A DNA stretch of 64,000 bases, from NCBI GenBank assembly GCA_033763315.1, contig JANRKS010000031.1, forward strand, positions 32,001 through 96,000, given 5' to 3'. Numbering within the stretch: position 1 is the first letter of the stretch; each line of letters begins with the position of its first letter. The DNA is from Deltaproteobacteria bacterium. Its GTDB lineage: Bacteria; Myxococcota_A; Polyangia; Fen-1088. A model generated the notes under the pieces. It searched no databases. It worked only from the letters and a program-made list of their open reading frames with translations, and had not been told where the DNA came from. Below are positions 10,637 through 19,822 of this stretch, one piece after another. The position numbers and the translations under genes are program-made.

Positions 10637-12415
10637 TCAAGGGCGTAGCTGAAGGACGAAAATGTCCCGTTCGCGCGCCATCACCGCGTCGGTTGGTGAG
10701 AACTGCATGAGCCCGTCAAAGTCGCCGGCGAGCGTAAGGGTCTGCTCCGATGGATCACTTACGAGCCCTGCCACTTGCACGGCTGTGGCCCCAAAAGCAC
10801 GGGAGAAAAGGTGATTGCCGTTGCTGGAGAAGCCCACCACAAATGCCGCCGTGGCGACCCCGCCCCCAAGTGCCCCGCCGCCCCAATCGACGGGGCCTGA
10901 CACGTCGCCTGCGAAAGTCACAGTCTGCGGCCCCAACAACGCGATGGCACTGGCCCTCCCCGAGAGCGCACCGTTGCCCAACCGCGCCCACTCCACCCCT
11001 TGTGGCCCGAGCTTTCCCACCAACGGCCGTCGTGCGTCCTCACTGACCAACTTTGCGCCGCTGACATCGAACGTTCCCAACAAAGTGGCGGCAAAGTACA
11101 AGACATCGTCCCTGGCGAGCAGCGCGCCCTTCATATCTTCTGCCACTGGACTCGGCCATGAGAAGGCTCGGCGCGCGGTTCCCTCTGGGGAAAGCTCAAG
11201 CAAGAACGAAGTGGCCTCGCCGCGAGCGCCGAATTGCACGCTTCCTTCGTTGAAAGGGCCGCTTACGCCACCTTGAACGTACACCCCACCTCCTTCGGTC
11301 GCGGCCAGGGCGCGAATGGCGTCACGTCCGGCGGAGGCGATGCGCTTGAGCCAGCGCACGCTGCCTCCGGCGTCGAAAGCGATGACGGCAGCATCGTAGC
11401 TGCCCTCATTGGCGAGCCGCGCGCCGGCGATCAGCGGGCTGCCGTAGCTTTCGAGGGCCACGGCGAACCCTCCCAGTGGCAACGCTGCTACGGCAGTGAT
11501 TTGGTCGATGGCCGAAGAGGCAAGCTGAAAGCCGCGCAGGGGCTGCCCTGCCGTTGTGGCCTGCACCAACAAACCATCTGAATCGCCCCCTGACTTGAAG
11601 GTCTGGTTCCCGATTTTCACGGCACCTGTCACCTTCGTGCCGAACAACAGCTCTCCCGTCGGCATTGTGGCAAGCGCGCCGGCCGCGTCGAGGCCATCAC
11701 CCCCGATGACGGTGCCGCCCACAGGCCTGCCGGACCCGTCGAGCCGCACAAGCAGCGCGTCGTATTGAGACGTGTTCAGAGCGCCTGCATTCAAGGCAAG
11801 GGTGCCGAGATACGTGGCACCCAGCCAGAAGCCACCCAGGCCGTCGGGCTGCAAACCCGCGGCCGTGTCGCTGCGGCCCTGCCCGAAGATCTGTCGCCAA
11901 ACCACAGCCGGGCACCCTCCACGTGTGGGACATCCCGCTTGTCCCGCGGCCGCTCCGTCATCGGTCGCCCCTGCGTCGGACACAAGCGCGGCGCAAATCG
12001 TATCGAGACAAGCCGCAGCTGCGCAGGCCACATCCGGTGAGCTTGAAAGCTGCACTTGCACCGTCATGAGTGAATCGCTTGGATCGCGTTCGGTGCAGCC
12101 TTGCGCAACGAGGTGGCAGTTGACGTCGACGGCCTGCGCGCCGAACCCATGGCGACCGGGCGAGAGCACAGGAGGTGCCTCGGCCCGCTGCCCGCGCGCA
12201 ATCGTGCTGCGATACACAGATGGACCGCCACATCCGCCCTCGTTGACGAAGGCGGTCACACGCACCGCACGGGTGGCGTCAGCTTCGTTGTTGAACGAGA
12301 TTCGCCAAGCCAGCTTCTGCGCATCGGCGGAACAGCCCGCCCACAGCAAGCTGCACGCGGCACCCGCAAGGGCCAGCGCGAAATGCCACCGAGAAGCAAG
12401 CCAAGAAAACAACAA
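10637..12415 (-). CDS. Cys-rich lipoprotein with SBBP-like beta-propeller repeats
   Basis: Lipobox WAGC; repeated DAL(L/A)V..D..G...W..G..G.D blades typical of myxobacterial propeller proteins. Confidence 0.72.
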   Translation of the reverse strand: MLFSWLASRWHFALALAGAACSLLWAGCSADAQKLAWRISFNNEADATRAVRVTAFVNEGGCGGPSVYRSTIARGQRAEAPPVLSPGRHGFGAQAVDVNCHLVAQGCTERDPSDSLMTVQVQLSSSPDVACAAAACLDTICAALVSDAGATDDGAAAGQAGCPTRGGCPAVVWRQIFGQGRSDTAAGLQPDGLGGFWLGATYLGTLALNAGALNTSQYDALLVRLDGSGRPVGGTVIGGDGLDAAGALATMPTGELLFGTKVTGAVKIGNQTFKSGGDSDGLLVQATTAGQPLRGFQLASSAIDQITAVAALPLGGFAVALESYGSPLIAGARLANEGSYDAAVIAFDAGGSVRWLKRIASAGRDAIRALAATEGGGVYVQGGVSGPFNEGSVQFGARGEATSFLLELSPEGTARRAFSWPSPVAEDMKGALLARDDVLYFAATLLGTFDVSGAKLVSEDARRPLVGKLGPQGVEWARLGNGALSGRASAIALLGPQTVTFAGDVSGPVDWGGGALGGGVATAAFVVGFSSNGNHLFSRAFGATAVQVAGLVSDPSEQTLTLAGDFDGLMQFSPTDAVMARERDIFVLQLRP

Positions 12416-12578
12416 CGCCCCTTTATCCTATGCCAGGCTGACCTTGTCCGCTTGCGTGGTCGGCGTGCCAGCTCACATGCGAAGCTCGGCAAGATGTTGC
12501 CGGCCAGTCGTCGCCGCCTGTCGGCGATGAGCCGCCGCGAGGTGGCTGTGTTCCTTGGGTTTTGACAGCTGTTTTCGC

Positions 12579-12594
12579 CGGCGCGGGCCTTGCA
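12579..12594 (+). promoter_or_regulatory. Candidate sigma-54 (-24/-12) promoter
   Basis: CGGCGC-GGGCC-TTGCA has exact GG-N10-GC spacing and ends 13 nt before ATG 12608. Confidence 0.4.
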
Positions 12595-12607
12595 ACACAA
12601 GCCCGTC

Positions 12608-14353
12608 ATGACGCAGAACCGGACCACCAAACCTCGTTTGCGATCGGCCTTCCTCCTCGCCGCTTTCGTCTTGCCTGCTTGCACTGGCTCAATCGCCGGG
12701 CGTGAGGGCGCGTCTTCTCACAACCCCGCAGACGACGACGCAGAGGGAGCTGGGAAGGGCGGCGCCGGGCAGGGAGGGGAGGCCGCGGATCCCCCCATCT
12801 CGCCCGCGCCGCCCACGTGCGCGCAAGACGCCGGCGCTCCCGCCGCTGCCCGCCGCCTGGTGCGGCTGCGCTGGCCGGAGTATCAGGCGGTGGTTCGCCA
12901 GACCTTCGGCATCGCTGCCTACCGCGTCTCGGGCTCCGTACCCCAAGATCCTTTCGTGGAGTTTTATGGCAACAACGCGAACGCGCTGCGAGTGCCCACA
13001 TATGCAGCGGCGCGCGTGTACCTTGACGAAGCCGACGAAGTGTTGGCTGCCGTCCGTGATTGGACCGTGGTGCTCAAGGCGCACGGGGGCTGCGCCACCG
13101 TGGAGGACGTGTGTGCGAAGAAGGCGTTGACGCCGCTTGCCGCTTCGCTGTTTCGGCGGCCGTTGTCACAAGACGAGACTGCGTGGGTGGCTTCACGGTA
13201 CGATGATTTCCGCCAAAAGGTTCCCGCCGCTGATGCCGTGCGCGCCCTCGCCAAGCTGCTGCTGAACCACCCAAGCTTTCTCTATCGATTCGAGGGCGTT
13301 GAAGTTGTGTCCGCAAAGAGCGAGCTGTCGCTCGGCACGTGGGAGGCCGCCTCGGCGCTTTCGTTCACGCTCACCGGGGCGCCTCCTGACCAAACGCTGT
13401 GGTCGGCTGCCGAAACGGGAAAGCTCGCGACGGTGCCGGAAGTGCGCGCCCAAATCCGACGCCTGCTCGGACGCGTTTCACAGCCCTCTCCTATGTTGGG
13501 CGAGTTCGCAAACAGTTGGTTGGTGTCTGAGCCTGTGTCCGAAAAGAGTCTGGGCGTCGATAAACGGATCATCGATCCGGCGGTGCTGCCAAGCCTTCTG
13601 CAAGCGGAGCTCGGCCGCACCTTCGCCAACTTGGTGCTTGAGTCCAAAGCGTCCTTCATCGACCTCATGACCAGCCCCACCACCATCTCCACGGGCCAAC
13701 TCTCAGCGGCTTACAAGTATCCGTTGCAAGGTGAGGCCTGGTCGCTCTTTGATGGCTCTGCCCACCACCGCGTGGGCCTGCTTGCGTCTCCGGCGTTCTT
13801 GGCTGCACGAGGTGCTCCCAGTTTCGGCCGTCTCATCTACCGAGGCGTCTTTACTTTGCGCCGTTTGTTCTGCTTCGATCCGGGTGATCCCGTGGGCATT
13901 GACGTCGATCAAGCCGTGCTTGATGCGAAGCTTCCCGAAGGCCTGTCGGATCGCGAGCAGCTTGAGCGGGTGACGGGAGCGCCCGCTTGCCAAGGGTGCC
14001 ACGCGCCCATCAACGCCATCGGCGCGGCGATGGACGCTTATGATTCGGCGGGACGGCATAACGAGGTGACAGGCCGCGCAGCGCCGGACACGCGGGTGAC
14101 GCTGCCGATGGCTCTGCTGGGTGGTGGCGTGGTCAATGGTCTTGAAGAGCTCGCGCAAACGATTGCGCGCAACGATGCGGCCGGCGCTTGCTTTTCGGAA
14201 CACCTCGGGCGGTATCTGGCGCAAGGAGATCTTTCGGAGCCACAGCTTTGTCGCGTCAGGGCCGCTTTCGAGGGCAAAGGGCTCAATGCCGTTCCGGTGG
14301 CTGATCTGTTGGAAACCACGTTGCTCGTGCTGCTGACGACACCGCGGCAGTGA
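12608..14353 (+). CDS. DUF1592/DUF1588/DUF1595-type (PSD) c-type cytochrome lipoprotein, copy 1 (divergent)
   Basis: Lipobox LPAC; RRLVRL..EY; FRRPL; PSFLYR; ASALSF..PPD; RGVF...LFC; heme motif CQGCH..INAIG. Confidence 0.85.
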   Translation: MTQNRTTKPRLRSAFLLAAFVLPACTGSIAGREGASSHNPADDDAEGAGKGGAGQGGEAADPPISPAPPTCAQDAGAPAAARRLVRLRWPEYQAVVRQTFGIAAYRVSGSVPQDPFVEFYGNNANALRVPTYAAARVYLDEADEVLAAVRDWTVVLKAHGGCATVEDVCAKKALTPLAASLFRRPLSQDETAWVASRYDDFRQKVPAADAVRALAKLLLNHPSFLYRFEGVEVVSAKSELSLGTWEAASALSFTLTGAPPDQTLWSAAETGKLATVPEVRAQIRRLLGRVSQPSPMLGEFANSWLVSEPVSEKSLGVDKRIIDPAVLPSLLQAELGRTFANLVLESKASFIDLMTSPTTISTGQLSAAYKYPLQGEAWSLFDGSAHHRVGLLASPAFLAARGAPSFGRLIYRGVFTLRRLFCFDPGDPVGIDVDQAVLDAKLPEGLSDREQLERVTGAPACQGCHAPINAIGAAMDAYDSAGRHNEVTGRAAPDTRVTLPMALLGGGVVNGLEELAQTIARNDAAGACFSEHLGRYLAQGDLSEPQLCRVRAAFEGKGLNAVPVADLLETTLLVLLTTPRQ

Positions 14354-14387
14354 TCACCTGAAATTCATCTCATCAAGGAGCAAACAC

Positions 14388-15800
14388 ATGCACATCCGCG
14401 GTTGGTCTCGACGACGGTTCTTCAAGATTTTGGGTATGGGCACAGGCATTCTTTCCCCCTTGGCCCACGGCGTGGCTGGGTGGGCCCAAGGCGCACCGAA
14501 GAAGCGGCTGGTCATCATTCAGCATCCTTACGGCAGCGACTACCCAGCGGTGGACGCCTATTGGCCGGTGCCCCTGCTTGGCAAAGACAAGGAAGTGGCG
14601 CTTACCCCAACGATGCTGCGGGAGCGGCGCGTGTCCGAAGTGATGGCAGACATCTCGAACCAGCTCACTTACGTGAAGGGCTTGTCCCTTTTTCACCAGC
14701 CGAAGTTCGGCAATGACTTGCCTCACCCCGGTGGGGGACACGAGATGGACAAGGGCCAATATTCAGGCAAGACGGCGGTGGGTGACAAGGTTCAGGCGGC
14801 GGGAACGTCCATCGATCAGTTTATCGCCAGTGGCATCGGTGCGGTGACCGCCTTGCCCAGCGTTTCCTTGGGAACCAACCAGACGGCCGGCTGCGGGTTT
14901 GTTCGCAACGGCGTGGTGGTTCCGAAGTACTACAGTCCCCGCATGCTGATCGAGGGCGCCTTCAAGAACTTCACGCCCACAAAGCCCAGCGCGCCTGCGC
15001 CGCAGAAACCTGACCTCGGCGATGACGATCTGTTGGTGCCCCTGGGTGACGAGATAAAGAAGCTGCGCAGCTTTTTTAACGGCACTGAACGCGAAAAGAT
15101 TGATCAACACATCGCCGCCTTGGAAGACTTGCGCCGGCTGTCCGGCGGCGAGAACGGTGCAGAGCCCGCCGCCTCTTGCGAAGTTCCGCAAGCCAGCGCC
15201 TTTCCGTCGCACACAAGCGGCAAGCCTGGCTCCGAGGGCGCCACCCTTTCCGGTGATCTCTTGAAGGGGTTCGTGCGCTTGGTGCCGACGTTGATGGCCT
15301 GTGATCGTACGCGCGTCGTAACTTTGGACTTGCAGGTGGGAAGCCCGCTTGGCTTTCTCGGTCCGCTTCACAGCCACAACTATTCACACTACAAGGGGGG
15401 CCCGGGCAGCGCTGAACACAAAGTCTGGCAAGAGCACCTGCGCTTTGCCGCGACCTGCTTTCGCGACATCGTCAAGGGTCTCGACGCCATTGCCGAAGGC
15501 AGCGGCACCGCGCTCGACAACAGCGTGGTGGTGTGGACGTCGTTCCAGGGCATCCCTGGGGCAAACCATATTTCGGCCCACGTTCCCACCGTGATGGCGG
15601 GTAGGCTCGGCGGTGCACTCAAACCGGGTGGCCGCTTGCTGAACTATGATCCTGGACAGCACCCCACCGGGCGCGGGCAAGACGACGGGATACGATTCGG
15701 GGAAAACCAAATGCGTTTCTGGGTGAGCCTGGCGAAGGGCTTCGGCTTAGATCCCTCCCGCGAATACCAGCATCAACCGTTGCAAGAGTTATTGGCCTGA
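14388..15800 (+). CDS. DUF1552 (HXXSHH) Tat-exported protein, copy 1
   Basis: Twin-Arg SRRRFFK; TSIDQFIA; MACDRTRV; HNYSH; LDNSVV; AAGGAG RBS. Confidence 0.87.
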   Translation: MHIRGWSRRRFFKILGMGTGILSPLAHGVAGWAQGAPKKRLVIIQHPYGSDYPAVDAYWPVPLLGKDKEVALTPTMLRERRVSEVMADISNQLTYVKGLSLFHQPKFGNDLPHPGGGHEMDKGQYSGKTAVGDKVQAAGTSIDQFIASGIGAVTALPSVSLGTNQTAGCGFVRNGVVVPKYYSPRMLIEGAFKNFTPTKPSAPAPQKPDLGDDDLLVPLGDEIKKLRSFFNGTEREKIDQHIAALEDLRRLSGGENGAEPAASCEVPQASAFPSHTSGKPGSEGATLSGDLLKGFVRLVPTLMACDRTRVVTLDLQVGSPLGFLGPLHSHNYSHYKGGPGSAEHKVWQEHLRFAATCFRDIVKGLDAIAEGSGTALDNSVVVWTSFQGIPGANHISAHVPTVMAGRLGGALKPGGRLLNYDPGQHPTGRGQDDGIRFGENQMRFWVSLAKGFGLDPSREYQHQPLQELLA

Positions 15801-15890
15801 CACGTTCGCATGGAAGTTTCTGCGCACTCATCAGCGCCCTTACATTCCTGCGGCGGCCCGTGCAACACCGACGACGTACGCCAGCGTAAA

Positions 15891-16538
15891 CTACGCCAGC
15901 TGGCTCTCGTCGACGCTGTGTTCGTTTGAGCCATCCGTACGCGCGGAAAGCAGTTGTTGCAGTAGCGCCTCGGTTCGCAGCAACGCTTCTTGCCGTGTCG
16001 ACACGGGTGGAATGCGCGGAGGCGCTTCGTCATCCGGATCGGCGGAGGAAAGTCCGAAGAACACGCCCGAGGTGATCACCACGTCGCCCAAGTTTACAAG
16101 CCGCGTGGCAATCAACGTTCCGGGACTCGCCTTCTTCCAGAACCCTTGCTCACGCACCACGTGCAGATCACCCGTCGAAACGTCTTCAAGTTCAACTTCA
16201 TCGTCCGAGATGCGGTTGGTGACCTTGTGGATCGTGAACGACGAAACCGCCAATGCGTCCAAGAAGCGCTCCTGATCCGAACCTTCTTCGGTGTGCGCTT
16301 GTGAGCGGTAACGATCCAATGCGGTGCTGCCGTTGCGTGCAAAATCGAGCACGCAGTACTGCAGGAACGTGAGGCCTGCGGTGGAATCGTCTTGATCGAG
16401 ATTGACCTGCCCGTTGTGCCACAGGCGCAATCGTTTTGCGGCCGCTTGGATCGTGGCGCTTGAAACGAATTTGGTCAGTTCTGAAAGGAGCTCGCTGCGG
16501 AACTCGCGAACGACTTCCAGGTTGGTGGGAACCGTCAT
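15891..16538 (-). CDS. Hypothetical protein (resembles the body of SEC-C-associated proteins; no SEC-C motif)
   Basis: GGAAGGA RBS before ATG 16538; pattern ALDRY...FLDAL..S.FTI..V.....VELEDV.TG....V.E......PG..IATRL. Confidence 0.65.
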   Translation of the reverse strand: MTVPTNLEVVREFRSELLSELTKFVSSATIQAAAKRLRLWHNGQVNLDQDDSTAGLTFLQYCVLDFARNGSTALDRYRSQAHTEEGSDQERFLDALAVSSFTIHKVTNRISDDEVELEDVSTGDLHVVREQGFWKKASPGTLIATRLVNLGDVVITSGVFFGLSSADPDDEAPPRIPPVSTRQEALLRTEALLQQLLSARTDGSNEHSVDESQLA

Positions 16539-16931
16539 CGTCGTCCTTCCTACCTTGGGTTCGCTGCAAAGGGCAACCCTGGCGTGAATCGGCATCGTCT
16601 TACCTGCGCCGCGCGGCGTCGGTTTGACCTTGGCCGTCGGTCGCGGGGCGGCCGGCACAAAAGTAGCTGTAATTACCTAGGCCGATATGGATAAACGGCT
16701 CACGAAGCACCTGGTAGTTCTGACAGGTGTGACGTCGCTGTGGGGGCTGTTTTGATGGCATGGAATGCCCGCCAAAGCCTGAAATTCGCGGTGATTTCGG
16801 CGGTTTCTCACGCGCACTGTCCCTTCGTACAGTGAAAGCGAATTCAACTTCTGCCCTCCTGCCAGCGCACTAACGTTGTTTGGCGCGGGTCGTTGTTGTG
16901 CCGCGCTGGTCCTCTCCCTGAGGTGCGCATA

Positions 16932-18089
16932 ATGTTACCTGCCTTACGCTTCCAGTTTGTTCGTGGAGCGGCCCTGCGGTCCGCGGTGGTCCTGTTGGTT
17001 GTGTGCCTTATCGGAGGCTCTCAAGGGGCTTGTTCCTCTGCAGGGGGCAGTCCCTCGGATGATTCCGGCGGGGCCGGTGGGGAAGAGGAGTCCGGTGGCG
17101 GGGGCGGCTCCATCAGTGGTACCGGCGGGACCGCGGGCGCCGACGCCATCGACGCGGGCGGCTCGGTTGCCGGCGCTGCAGGCCATGACGCTGCCACGGA
17201 AAAGCCGGACGCCGGGTTGACCAAACCAGACGCGGCGAATCCCATCACGCCCACGAGCCCGCTTTACATGCCGCCCACGATGGGTGGGGATTTTGATTTC
17301 AGTGACAAGACGTGGGCTTACCCCGACGAGACAAAAAGTGTGCTGGGCACACCGCTTGGCACCGTGGTTTCGGATACCTTCGCGACGTCGAAGATCTACC
17401 CCGGCCGCTCTTACAAATACTCTGTCTACATCCCGAAGCAGTACGACGGCAGCACGCCGGCGGCGTTGATGGTGTGGCAAGACGGCAACAAGGCACTGGG
17501 AACGTTCCGCGTGCCGCTGGTCTACAACAACTTGATTCATCAGGGCCGCCTGCCCGTGACGATCAACATCTTTGTGGAACCAAGCTCCCAAGCCGACCGC
17601 AGCGATGAATACGATTCAATCAACGACAAATACGTTCGCTTCTTGATCGAAGAGCTGATCCCGTGGGCGACCACCAAGAACAACCTGAAGATCTCTGGCG
17701 ATCCCGAAGCGCATGGCATCGGCGGCCACAGTTCGGGTGGCGCGGCGGCGTTCACCGCGGCTTGGTTGCGCCCCGATTACTTTCGGCGCGTGGTCACCGG
17801 CAACGGCAGCTTTGTTGGTTTGCGCGGTGCCGATCAATATCCCGCGCTGATCAAGAGCGCGGCGAACAAGCCTCTGCGTGTGACGCTGCTCTCGGGTGAT
17901 GCCGACCTCAGTGGTTTTGGTGGCTGGCTTCCCGCAAACCGCGCGATGGCAGCGGCCTTGAAGCAAAAGAATTACCAGTACCGCTTTACCTACGCAAAGC
18001 AGGTTGGGCACGACGAGAAGTACTTCTCAATGATCGTCGCGTTCGACTTGTTGTTTGCCTGGCAAGGCTTCACCGCTGGGGCCAATTAG
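16932..18089 (+). CDS. Fes/enterochelin-esterase-like alpha/beta hydrolase, lipoprotein with Gly-rich linker
   Basis: SKIYPG..Y.VYIP..YD; ALMVWQDG; nucleophile elbow GHSSGG; GAGG RBS. Confidence 0.85.
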   Translation: MLPALRFQFVRGAALRSAVVLLVVCLIGGSQGACSSAGGSPSDDSGGAGGEEESGGGGGSISGTGGTAGADAIDAGGSVAGAAGHDAATEKPDAGLTKPDAANPITPTSPLYMPPTMGGDFDFSDKTWAYPDETKSVLGTPLGTVVSDTFATSKIYPGRSYKYSVYIPKQYDGSTPAALMVWQDGNKALGTFRVPLVYNNLIHQGRLPVTINIFVEPSSQADRSDEYDSINDKYVRFLIEELIPWATTKNNLKISGDPEAHGIGGHSSGGAAAFTAAWLRPDYFRRVVTGNGSFVGLRGADQYPALIKSAANKPLRVTLLSGDADLSGFGGWLPANRAMAAALKQKNYQYRFTYAKQVGHDEKYFSMIVAFDLLFAWQGFTAGAN

Positions 18090-18129
18090 GACTTTGGCTG
18101 GCATCGGTTTGCCAGCAAGGAGGCGCACA

Positions 18130-19797
18130 ATGACGTTTGTTACCAAGGTTTTGTTTGGCTCAGTGGCGTTGGCCACGGTGCTACAAGTGGCTTGCTCGGG
18201 CGGTTCAACGTCGCAAGGCAACGCGGGGGGCGCAGGCGGTGGCGAGGAGCCAACGGGGGGCGCAGGCGATCTCCCTGAGGGCGCCGTTGACCCGGGTTTC
18301 GTGGGCATCCATCGGTTGAACAACACCGAATACGACAACACCGTGAAAGATCTTTTGGGCTTGTCGAACACCCCCGCCACCACGTTCGCCCCCGATGAAC
18401 AAGCGCTGGGCTTCGATAACATCGCCAGCGCTCTTGGCATGACGCCATCGCAATACGAGCAATATTTCGCCGCGGGCCGCACGGTGGCGGACGAGGCATG
18501 GAAAAGTCCCGCTGCGAAGGCGCGCGTGATGGTCTGCGCTGACGACAACGACGGTTGCAAGCAGCAAATCGTAAGCAAGTTCGGTCTGCGAGCGTTTCGT
18601 CGACCGCTGGAGCCAGGTGAAGTTGAACGGTTGCTCAAAGTGCTGGCCGAGGCGCGAACCGCCGGCGAAGATTTCGAGGGAAGCCTTCGCCACTTGGTTG
18701 CCACGATGTTGACGGCGCCGCAGTTTCTGTACCGCATTGAACGCGATGCCAACGATAAGGCACATCGGCTTAACCCTTACGAATTGGCCTCGCGTTTGTC
18801 CTACACATTCTGGACCACGATGCCTGACGACGCCCTGTTTGAAGCGGCCGAGCAAGACGACTTAGGCAGCGATGAAAAGCTGAAGGCACAGGTTGAACGG
18901 ATGCTCTCCGACGCGCGGGGCATTCGTTTCGTCGATGCGTTTGCGGGGCAGTGGCTGGGGATGCGATCGCTCAAGTCTCACCAGGTGGACCTGCAGATTT
19001 TTCCTGACTGGGATGAAGAGCTGCGCCAATCCATGATTCAAGAAGCTTCGCTTTACTTTCGTCACTTTCTTGATGGCGACGGCCGCAGCGCCGGTACGTT
19101 TTTCTCTGAAAAGCTGAATTACTTAAACGCCCGCCTGGCAAAGCACTACGGCCTCGACGCGTCGAAGTACGGCAAAGATATGGTGGAAGTGAAAAACGCT
19201 TCGCCAGATCGTGTGGGCTTTTTAGGCATGGGATCCTTTCTCACCGATAGATCATTTCTGCACCGCACATCGCCCACGGCGCGCGGTGTGTGGATCCTGA
19301 AGAACCTGTTGTGTGAAACCATTCCAGCGCCGCCGCCCGTGGTGCCCGAGCTTGATGACAACAAGCCGCAAAGCGCTGCTGCCACCGTGAACGTGCGCGA
19401 GCGATTGGCCGTTCACCGCGAAAACCCTCAGTGCGCCGGCTGCCACACACTGTTCGATCCTGTTGGCCTCGGCCTTGAGAACTTCGATGGCATTGGGCGC
19501 TACAGAGATAAATACGCAAACGGCGACGCCATTGATGCCAGCGGTGAACTGCCTGATGGAGAAAAGTTCAACGGGCTGCCTGAACTATCATCGTTGTTGG
19601 CGAAGGACGATCGCTTTGCCGCATGTATGACGCAGAAACTCTTTGTCTACAGCTTGGGGCGCGATGTCGATGACGCCGACGCTCCGGCTTTGGAACAGTT
19701 GGGCAAAGCGTGGGCGAAAAACGATCTAAACGTGCGCCAGCTTGTAAAGCAAATGGTGTTGAGCGAGCCATTTCGGTCACGCCGCGCTGAACGCTAG
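18130..19797 (+). CDS. DUF1592/DUF1588/DUF1587/DUF1585-type c-type cytochrome lipoprotein, copy 2
   Basis: AAGGAGG RBS; lipobox QVAC; HRLNNTEYDNTV; AFRRP; YELASRLSY; FAGQWL; TSPTARGVW; CAGCH; GLENFDGIG. Confidence 0.92.
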   Translation: MTFVTKVLFGSVALATVLQVACSGGSTSQGNAGGAGGGEEPTGGAGDLPEGAVDPGFVGIHRLNNTEYDNTVKDLLGLSNTPATTFAPDEQALGFDNIASALGMTPSQYEQYFAAGRTVADEAWKSPAAKARVMVCADDNDGCKQQIVSKFGLRAFRRPLEPGEVERLLKVLAEARTAGEDFEGSLRHLVATMLTAPQFLYRIERDANDKAHRLNPYELASRLSYTFWTTMPDDALFEAAEQDDLGSDEKLKAQVERMLSDARGIRFVDAFAGQWLGMRSLKSHQVDLQIFPDWDEELRQSMIQEASLYFRHFLDGDGRSAGTFFSEKLNYLNARLAKHYGLDASKYGKDMVEVKNASPDRVGFLGMGSFLTDRSFLHRTSPTARGVWILKNLLCETIPAPPPVVPELDDNKPQSAAATVNVRERLAVHRENPQCAGCHTLFDPVGLGLENFDGIGRYRDKYANGDAIDASGELPDGEKFNGLPELSSLLAKDDRFAACMTQKLFVYSLGRDVDDADAPALEQLGKAWAKNDLNVRQLVKQMVLSEPFRSRRAER

Positions 19798-19822
19798 ACC
19801 GCGGAAACGAGGGACTGCAAAC

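Noticed and set aside
18099-18112. TGGCATCGGTTTGC as a sigma-54 promoter
   Set aside because: GG to GC spacing is 9, not 10; better explained as a hairpin.
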